64,000 bases of DNA from an uncultured Chloroflexia bacterium (GTDB lineage Bacteria > Chloroflexota > Limnocylindria > Limnocylindrales > CSP1-4). Position numbers and translations under genes: made by a program. Positions within the stretch are counted from its first letter, which is position 1; each line of letters opens with the position of its first letter. Positions 57,732-64,000 of this stretch are shown in pieces. The notes under the pieces were generated by a model, which saw only the letters and a list, made by a program, of their open reading frames with translations, made no database searches and was not told the origin of the DNA. Location of the stretch: the NCBI GenBank assembly GCA_963813335.1, contig CAWEYL010000001.1, positions 704,001 through 768,000 on the forward strand. Direction: 5' to 3'.

Positions 57732-57792
57732 CGATGCCCAGAGTCGACCGACGTCGGCTGGCGCGGCGCGCTCGACGCGCCACGCTGGGCGG

Positions 57793-58740
57793 ATGATCAC
57801 GCAGAACCCGCCGGCCAAGCGCCCGCTCTCCCTCGTCGACTTCGGCTCGCTCCTCTTCCTCGGTGCCGTCTGGGGTGCCGTGTTCCTGTTCATGCGCATC
57901 GCTGCGCCCGAGGTGGGCCCGGTGTGGGCGGCGGAGATCCGGCTCGCGATCGGCGCCTCCGTGCTGGTCGTCGTCGCCGGCCGGCGGACGTGGACCGCGG
58001 CTCGTGGCCGGCTCGCCAGCTTCCTCATCGTCGGCGCGCTGTTCTCGGCGGTGCCGTTCACACTGATCTCGTACGCCACGCTCACGCTGCCGGCCGGCTT
58101 CACCGCGCTGCTCAACGCCGCGACCCCGCTGTTCACGGCGGCCATCGGCGTCGCGTTCCTCGGCCAGCGGATCGGCCCGCGGGTCGCGGCCGGGCTCGTG
58201 GTCGGGGTGGTCGCGGTGATCGTTCTCGTCGGCTTCTCGCCGCTCGAGCCGGGACCGACGACGCTCCTCGCGGTCGCCGCGGGCCTCGGCGCGCCGCTCA
58301 GCTACGCGTTCGCGGGCAACTTCGTCCGCGCCCGCCTCTCGAGCGTGGCGCCACTCGAGCTCGCGACCGGCATGCTCGTCGCGGGCGCGTTCGAGGCGCT
58401 CCCCGTCGCCATCCTGACCGGCGCGCCCGGCACGCCCTCGACCGAAGGGCTCGTCTCGCTCATCGCGGTGGGCACCCTCTCGACCGCCGTGGCCTGGCCG
58501 ATCTTCTTCCGCGTCCTCCGGCGCACGACGCCGACCGCGGCCAGCACCGTGACCTTCGTGGTCCCTGCGTTCGCGCTGACGTGGGGCTCGCTCGTCCTCG
58601 CCGAGCCCATCGAAGCGAGCCTGATCGCGGGCTTCGGCCTGATCCTCGTCAGCCTCGCGCTGGTCCTCGGGATCGTGCCCGCCGCACGGCCCGCGGTCCT
58701 GGCGCGGGCTCGGGCGTGGGTCGGCGCGACCCTCGGCTAG
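57793..58740 (+). CDS. DMT/EamA family transporter
   Basis: AVWGAVFLFMRIA, LLNAATPLFT; about 10 TM segments. Confidence 0.9.
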   Translation: MITQNPPAKRPLSLVDFGSLLFLGAVWGAVFLFMRIAAPEVGPVWAAEIRLAIGASVLVVVAGRRTWTAARGRLASFLIVGALFSAVPFTLISYATLTLPAGFTALLNAATPLFTAAIGVAFLGQRIGPRVAAGLVVGVVAVIVLVGFSPLEPGPTTLLAVAAGLGAPLSYAFAGNFVRARLSSVAPLELATGMLVAGAFEALPVAILTGAPGTPSTEGLVSLIAVGTLSTAVAWPIFFRVLRRTTPTAASTVTFVVPAFALTWGSLVLAEPIEASLIAGFGLILVSLALVLGIVPAARPAVLARARAWVGATLG

Positions 58741-59405
58741 GTCCCGAGATCCCGGTCCTCCAGCTCCCAGGCGTGGTCCATCGCGTGGTGGCCGGTGCGC
58801 CGCACGAGGAACTGGATCGGCCATGACCGGGCCGCCTTGCCCTGCTCGTTGTAGGCGCGGATGGCAGCGAGGTACGCCTGCCGATGCGCGGCGAGGCCCT
58901 CCGGCGTGAGGACGAGGTCGAACGGCGTGCGGACCTCGACCTTGCGCGAGAACTGGTCGGGCTCCGTCAGGTAGACGTGGCGGATGATCTCGTCGCGGCT
59001 GCGCCCGCCGCCGCGGGACCCCGGACGGAGCTCCCCCGAGACGCGCGCGGCCACCGCGTCGAACTCGGCCCAGCACGCGCGCAGGAGATCGAGTCGCCGT
59101 TCCAGGTCCGCGGGCGCGAGGACCGCGCGCTCGACCTGCGACGGCACGTGGGCGACGCCCCAGAAGTCGGTCGAGCTCGAGCCGGCGACCCGTTCGACGA
59201 CCTCCAACCCGCGCGAACGCGCGAACTCGGGGCCCATCCCGGCCCGCTCGGCGACGCCCGCGTACCGGGGCGCGTAGGCGAGCAACCGCGCGATGGCGTC
59301 CTCCTCGGATGTGCCCCAGCGGTCCAGTCCCGGCCAGTCCGTGGCCCCGGCCACGACCCGGCGCGACTTGCCGAGCTCGAGGATCACCCGCAGCGGATCG
59401 GTCAT
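58737..59405 (-). CDS. hypothetical protein (HicB-like N-terminus, DinB-like C-terminus)
   Basis: DWPGLDRWGTSEEDA; RHV...HHAMDHAWELED. Confidence 0.7.
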   Translation of the reverse strand: MTDPLRVILELGKSRRVVAGATDWPGLDRWGTSEEDAIARLLAYAPRYAGVAERAGMGPEFARSRGLEVVERVAGSSSTDFWGVAHVPSQVERAVLAPADLERRLDLLRACWAEFDAVAARVSGELRPGSRGGGRSRDEIIRHVYLTEPDQFSRKVEVRTPFDLVLTPEGLAAHRQAYLAAIRAYNEQGKAARSWPIQFLVRRTGHHAMDHAWELEDRDLGT

Positions 59406-59527
59406 GGCGGACAGCCTAGTCGAGGCGGCACGTCGGCATGAGCGGGCCGCTTGGTCGGTCCATCACGCGACTTCCGGCCCTAGTGCCCGGTGGCTGGTCA
59501 CGGCACGCTCGCACCCGGAGGTACGCC

Positions 59528-60085
59528 ATGAAGATCCTTGTCGCCTATGCCAGCCGCCACGGTTCCACCAAGGGCATCGCCGAGCGCGTCGCGCAGACGC
59601 TCGAAGGGACCGGACTGGACGTCACGCTCCGGTCGGTCGAGGAAGCCGGCGCCGTTGACGACTACGACGCGTTCGTCATCGGGAGCGCGGCCTACATGGG
59701 CGGCTGGCTCGGCTCGGCGACCGCGTTCGTGCGCCGGAACCGCGACGTCCTCGCGGGCCATCGCGTCTGGCTGTTCAGCAGTGGGCCCATCGGGACCGAG
59801 CCCGTCGACGCCAAGGGCCGGGACCAGCTGGTGGCGGCAAGGCCCAAGGAGTTCACGGAATTCGACCGGACCATCCGCCCATACGGTGAGCGGGTGTTCT
59901 TCGGCGCGTACGACCCCTCCGCGGAGCCGACCGGCCTGGCCGAGAACCTCATGAACCGGTTCATGCGCCTGATGCCCGCCGCGCGCGATGCGCTCCCGAT
60001 CGGCGACTTCCGCGACTGGCCGGCGATCGAGGGGTGGGCGACCGAGATCGCCCACCACCTGCAGCCCGTCGGCGTGCCGGCGTAA
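59528..60085 (+). CDS. flavodoxin-domain protein (HemG-like)
   Basis: YASRHGSTKGIAE, GSAAYMG, WLFSSGP, GDFRDW; GGAGG RBS. Confidence 0.88.
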   Translation: MKILVAYASRHGSTKGIAERVAQTLEGTGLDVTLRSVEEAGAVDDYDAFVIGSAAYMGGWLGSATAFVRRNRDVLAGHRVWLFSSGPIGTEPVDAKGRDQLVAARPKEFTEFDRTIRPYGERVFFGAYDPSAEPTGLAENLMNRFMRLMPAARDALPIGDFRDWPAIEGWATEIAHHLQPVGVPA

Positions 60086-60092
60086 CCGGGGC

Positions 60093-60968
60093 TCAGCCCT
60101 CGGGGAGGACCTCGCGCAGCCTGGCCGCGAACGCGTCGGGCTCGCCGGTCTGGCCGTACTCGCCACCGAGGAAGCCGCCATGACCGCTCGGGAAGGCGGC
60201 GACCGTGGTGCCGAGCCGCTCGGCCGCGGCCTCCGCGCCCCGGTGGGCCATCTCGCCGTCGGACTCGGCGCCCGCGGCGAGCACGATCCGGGTCGGCGCG
60301 GCCTGCAACGCGGCGAAGTCCGGCTGGTAGTGCGTGCAGGTCACGATGTTCTGGAAGAGCAGCGGGTCCGTGCGGTTGCCGTCGTCGCCGGCCGGTAGAC
60401 CGAACATCGCCGGGTCCGGGGCCGGCTGCGCCGCGAGCTCCGCGGTCATCGGCCCCTTGTGGCTCACCGCCACGATGAACTGGGCCATGGCCGGACCGAA
60501 GCCCTGCCGCTCGTAGGTCTCGCCGATGGCCGCGGTGAACGCCATCGCGCCGTCGCGGTCAGGCAGGATCGAGGCGAGCGGCGGCTCGTGGGCGACCAGC
60601 GTCCGCACGTCCTGCGGGTGCGCGGCCACCAGGGCGAGCGCGTTCACCGCCCCGCCGCTGCTGGCGAACAGGTCGACGGGACCGCCGCCGACCGCGGCGA
60701 TGATCCGATGCAGGTCGTCGGCGTGCTGCTCGGGCGTCGAGCGGCTCGCCGGGTCCGCCTTCACGCTGCGCTCGACGCCGCGCGGGTCGTAGGTGACCAC
60801 CGTGCGGTCCGGGAAGTGTCCGGCCAGCGTCGCGAACCCGCCCGCGCCCATCGGCGACCCGATCAGGAACAGGACCGGGGCGGGGGAGTCCGCCCGCCGG
60901 ACGTCATAGGTCAGGACGGCGCCGGGCGCCTCGATCGTCTGCGTCGTGGGCTCGGTCATCGTGGTCAT
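60093..60968 (-). CDS. alpha/beta hydrolase
   Basis: YDPRG, FASSGGA nucleophile elbow, HEPP, FPSGHGGF. Confidence 0.88.
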   Translation of the reverse strand: MTTMTEPTTQTIEAPGAVLTYDVRRADSPAPVLFLIGSPMGAGGFATLAGHFPDRTVVTYDPRGVERSVKADPASRSTPEQHADDLHRIIAAVGGGPVDLFASSGGAVNALALVAAHPQDVRTLVAHEPPLASILPDRDGAMAFTAAIGETYERQGFGPAMAQFIVAVSHKGPMTAELAAQPAPDPAMFGLPAGDDGNRTDPLLFQNIVTCTHYQPDFAALQAAPTRIVLAAGAESDGEMAHRGAEAAAERLGTTVAAFPSGHGGFLGGEYGQTGEPDAFAARLREVLPEG

Positions 60969-61481
60969 CGCGCACCTCCTGCGGCCGCCGCCGTCTCGGC
61001 GAGGATCGCGTCGATCTGGCCGACCGCCTGCGTGAGGCCCTCCTCCATGCCCATCGCCAGGACCTGCTCCATGGCTTCGACGGTGCGGGAAGTGGCTCTC
61101 GATCTGCATCCGCGTGCGGGTGGCGTCGATCGGCTCGATCGTGACGATCCCCTCGCCGCGCGGGAAGTCGTCATTCGGCGTCCCGTCCTCGTTCGCGAAC
61201 CCGTCGATGAAGACGAGTCGGCGCGGCGGATCGACCTCGACGATATCCCAGAAACCGTGCGGCTGGTCGCCACTCGGGCCGGTCATGTGGTACTCGACGT
61301 GGCTGCCGACCGCGAGGTCGTGCTTCGTGAAGGTGGCGGGGTAGGTCGGCGGACCCCACCAGCGCTCGAGCTGGCGCGGATCGGCCCACAGCTCCCAGAC
61401 GCGTGCGGGCGACGCGTCGAACTCTGCGGTCAGGGTCATGGTCAGGGCCTCGGGGTCCTTGCGGACAGCGGTCACCGTCAT
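60965..61481 (-). CDS. SRPBCC/AHSA1 domain protein (indel near 61085)
   Basis: RVWELWADPRQLERWWGP; the C-terminal helix EAMEQVLAMGMEEG lies in the adjacent frame and ends at 60965. Confidence 0.88.
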
Positions 61482-61813
61482 GCGATGGTCTCCTCCGTGC
61501 TGCTGATGAGGGCCGTCATGCGGTCGACGCGACCGCGCCACAGCGACTCGTACTGGTCGAGCAGGCCGCGCGCCATGCGGAGCCCCTCGATGTTCGTGCG
61601 CACGACCTTGCGGCGGCCGGTGCGCTCCTTGGTGATGAGGCCGGCCCGCTCGAGCACCGCGACGTGCTTCTGCACGGCCGCGAAGCTCATGGGGTAATGC
61701 CCGGCCAGTTCGGCGACGCCCTCGCTGCCAGCCAGCGCCCGCAGCACGATGTCGCGCCGGGTGGCGTCGGCAAGGGCGGCGAAGACGTGGTCGGCGTTGA
61801 GGGCGAGCTGCAT
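61478..61813 (-). CDS. ArsR/SmtB-family regulator
   Basis: FAALADATRRDI, SFAAVQKHVAVLERAGLI. Confidence 0.92.
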   Translation of the reverse strand: MQLALNADHVFAALADATRRDIVLRALAGSEGVAELAGHYPMSFAAVQKHVAVLERAGLITKERTGRRKVVRTNIEGLRMARGLLDQYESLWRGRVDRMTALISSTEETIA

Positions 61814-61815
61814 TG

Positions 61816-61849
61816 ATACAACCATACGGTTGTATGACGGCCACGTCAA
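61816..61849 (-). promoter_or_regulatory. arsR promoter with overlapping operator
   Basis: TTGACG-17 nt-TATGGT on the minus strand; palindrome ATACAACC-n4-GGTTGTAT (61816-61835). Confidence 0.8.
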
Positions 61850-61878
61850 GCCCCAGGCGATGCGGGTAGGCTCCCGTC

Positions 61879-62682
61879 GTGCCATCCATCGACGATCTCG
61901 TCCCGGGTGACCGTGACCAGCTGGACGGTGTGGTCGCGCTGCTGCGTGCGGTCCTTGACGACGGTGCCCTGGCCGTCTACCTGTATGGCTCGGCCGTCCG
62001 CGGCGGCCTCCGCGCCGACAGCGATCTCGACATCTTCGTCGTCACGCGGCGCCCGACGACGCCCACCGAGCGGAAAGCGCTGATCGACGGCCTCATGGGA
62101 CGGTCCCGGTCATCGGAATCTCCGGAACGACGGCATCTCGAGGTGACGGTCGTCGTGCTTGCCGATGTCCGACCGTGGCGGTATCCGCCGCCGCTCGAGA
62201 TGCAGTACGGCGACTGGTGGCGGGACGCGTTCGGAGCCGGCGACCTCTCGCCGTGGACGTCACCGAGCGCCGATCTCGCCGTCCTCCTGGCGTCCGTCCG
62301 CGCCGAGGGCGTGCCGCTGTTCGGCCCGCCGGTCGTCCAGTTGCTCGATCCGGTGCCGCGCGAGGATCTCGAGCAAGCGGTTCGAGAGGTCATCCCGGAA
62401 CTGCTGCCGGGCCTGGGTCAGGACCACACGCGGCACGCGCTGCTCACGCTGGCCCGGATCTGGTACACCCTGGCGACCGGCGAGATCGAGTCGAAAGCCA
62501 CAGCCGCCACGTGGGCGATGGCGCGCATGCCCGCCGGGACAGGTGACGGGCTTCGCCTGGCCCTCGCGGGCTACCTTGGCGAGACGCCGGACACGTGGGA
62601 TGAGCCGGCGCTCGCGGCCGCACGAAGCGACTGGCAGGCGATGCTCGCTGCGCTCGGACCCGACGACGCCGGATCCCCGTAG
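61879..62682 (+). CDS. aminoglycoside adenylyltransferase-like (AadA/ANT(9)) nucleotidyltransferase
   Basis: LYGSAVRGGLRADSDLD, PWRYPP..QYGDW, LTLARIWYTLATGEI..K. Confidence 0.88.
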   Translation: MPSIDDLVPGDRDQLDGVVALLRAVLDDGALAVYLYGSAVRGGLRADSDLDIFVVTRRPTTPTERKALIDGLMGRSRSSESPERRHLEVTVVVLADVRPWRYPPPLEMQYGDWWRDAFGAGDLSPWTSPSADLAVLLASVRAEGVPLFGPPVVQLLDPVPREDLEQAVREVIPELLPGLGQDHTRHALLTLARIWYTLATGEIESKATAATWAMARMPAGTGDGLRLALAGYLGETPDTWDEPALAAARSDWQAMLAALGPDDAGSP

Positions 62683-62770
62683 CCCGTCGACGTCGAAGCA
62701 GGGCGTCGTCGCAGTAGCGATACGAGCCATACTCGGGTCAGGCGGGGCCGTGATCCAAGGAGGCATCCCA

Positions 62771-63208
62771 GTGGCGAACTTGGTCGTCCATTTCGAGATC
62801 CAGGCGTCGGAGCCGCAGCAGCTGATCGACTTCTACTCCGAGCTCCTCGGCTGGCGGTTCACCCAGTTCGGCGAGGTGCCGTACTGGTCGATCGACACGG
62901 GGGAGGGGGCCATCGGCAATGTCGCCGGCTCGGCCGGGCACGGCATCAACGGCGGCCTCAACCTTCGACGCGGGCCGAAGCCGGAGATCGGCGCGCCGGT
63001 CATGGGCTGCAACATCGTCGTCGGCGTGGACGACGTCGATGCCCTGATGCTTCACGCGGTCGAGCTCGGGGGCATGGAGGCGCTCGCCGCCCAGGACATG
63101 CAGGGCGTCGGTCGCGTCGGCTACCTGCTCGACCCCGACAACAACGTCTTCGGCCTGATCTCGGCGGTCATGTCCGACGGCACGGTCGGGATGGGCGGCG
63201 GGAGCTAG
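62771..63208 (+). CDS. VOC family protein
   Basis: VVHFEI, GINGGL, DPDNNVFGL; AAGGAGG RBS. Confidence 0.9.
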   Translation: MANLVVHFEIQASEPQQLIDFYSELLGWRFTQFGEVPYWSIDTGEGAIGNVAGSAGHGINGGLNLRRGPKPEIGAPVMGCNIVVGVDDVDALMLHAVELGGMEALAAQDMQGVGRVGYLLDPDNNVFGLISAVMSDGTVGMGGGS

Positions 63209-63312
63209 CGTCGTCGCGCGCCATCGACCGCCGGAACGGTCGATCGCGGGCGCGCCATAATCCGCCGAGGCCGTGGATACGACCGGGCCGCTCCCACACG
63301 AGGTGAAGGTCA

Positions 63313-64000
63313 ATGGCCACCCAGCGCTTCGAGTCGTCGGTCACGGCGGTCTCCTGGATCCCGTCCGAGGCCATCAGCGGCCCGTCGAAGGTCCCGTTCG
63401 AGTTCGGCGTCACCCACTACGACGAGCCGCCACCCGATCGGCTGGAGAGCCTCGAGGCCCTTCGAACGAGCGACCGCTTTCGCGAGGCGAACGAGCTCCG
63501 GGCGTTCATCGAGGTGGAGGACGGGCGGATCGTCAGCGCCGGACACCTCGGCCAGGGCCATATCGGCGCGACGACCGTCCGGGTGGGCCCGGCAGCGCTC
63601 CGGTTCCCGGCGGTCCAACTGCCGGACATCCAGTCGGACCCCGAGATCGGTGCCTCATCGGCCCGCTTCGTGCAGACGATCGGAGGTCGGATGGGCCTGC
63701 CGACGCCGCGCCCGGTACGGCACAAGCCATTCGTCCAGTTCTGGCCGTCGATCGCGTGGACGACCCTGGCCCTGACGATCAACACCGACGGGACGTCGAG
63801 CCACGAGCTCGTCGGCGCGAGCCCGTTCCCGCGTCACTGGGTCTACGACGACGATGGCCGACTCGTCGAGAAATCCGGCGTGATCGACTTCGGAAAGTGG
63901 TTCAACGAGTCCTACGGCGACCGGACCCCGTGGGGCGAGCAGGATTCCCCAGCGGTGGTCGCCGCCGTCGAATCGGCCCTGGAGCGATCGCTCTCGAGCG
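63313..64000 (+). CDS. conserved hypothetical protein, partial (N-terminus recalled from proteins with a C-terminal cNMP-binding domain)
   Basis: Open frame from ATG 63313 to the window end: SWIPSEA, HYDEPPPD, GASPFPRHWVYD, TPWG; GAGGTG upstream. Confidence 0.7.
   Translation, partial: MATQRFESSVTAVSWIPSEAISGPSKVPFEFGVTHYDEPPPDRLESLEALRTSDRFREANELRAFIEVEDGRIVSAGHLGQGHIGATTVRVGPAALRFPAVQLPDIQSDPEIGASSARFVQTIGGRMGLPTPRPVRHKPFVQFWPSIAWTTLALTINTDGTSSHELVGASPFPRHWVYDDDGRLVEKSGVIDFGKWFNESYGDRTPWGEQDSPAVVAAVESALERSLSS

Noticed and set aside
60093-61889. Apparent SRPBCC-hydrolase fusion (598-aa ORF)
   Set aside because: Artefact of a 1-nt indel near 61085; the proper SRPBCC C-terminus and stop are in the adjacent frame.
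1-64000. tRNA, rRNA, integrase, transposase or prophage
   Set aside because: No recognisable signatures found by eye; no covariance-model search was run.

Overview
High-GC (roughly 70%) bacterial chromosomal segment. Gene content and order are compatible with Chloroflexota such as Limnocylindria/Ellin6529, but this is an inference. No rRNA, tRNA, CRISPR array, integrase or transposase was seen. The first ~23 kb is a housekeeping block (rpsO-pnp-[LuxR ATPase]-asd-udg-rnj-ftsK-rodZ-cinA-murC-like, then a Rieske/MBL protein, yajQ and a TPP enzyme). The rest is accessory: oxidoreductases, GNATs, transporters, resistance-gene homologues and hypotheticals. Main observations: (1) PNPase carries an intact-looking DEDDh (DnaQ-like) 3'-5' exonuclease domain inserted between its two RNase PH domains, and has a structured leader that can hide its RBS. 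(2) A candidate SARP/BTAD regulon is marked by 11-bp-phased GTGAC repeats placed just upstream of a -10 box in front of a 728-aa Cys-rich orphan, a C39-like peptidase-SH3b gene with an unannotated acidic 50-aa partner, and probably a PLD-family gene. (3) The family-4 UDG ends in a beta-clamp motif (QLTLF). (4) Leaderless promoter architecture is pervasive. (5) A 75-bp duplicated gene junction flanks a ~280-bp insert. (6) Several small ORFs are missing from the ORF track. About six frameshifted sites look like sequencing errors rather than pseudogenes.
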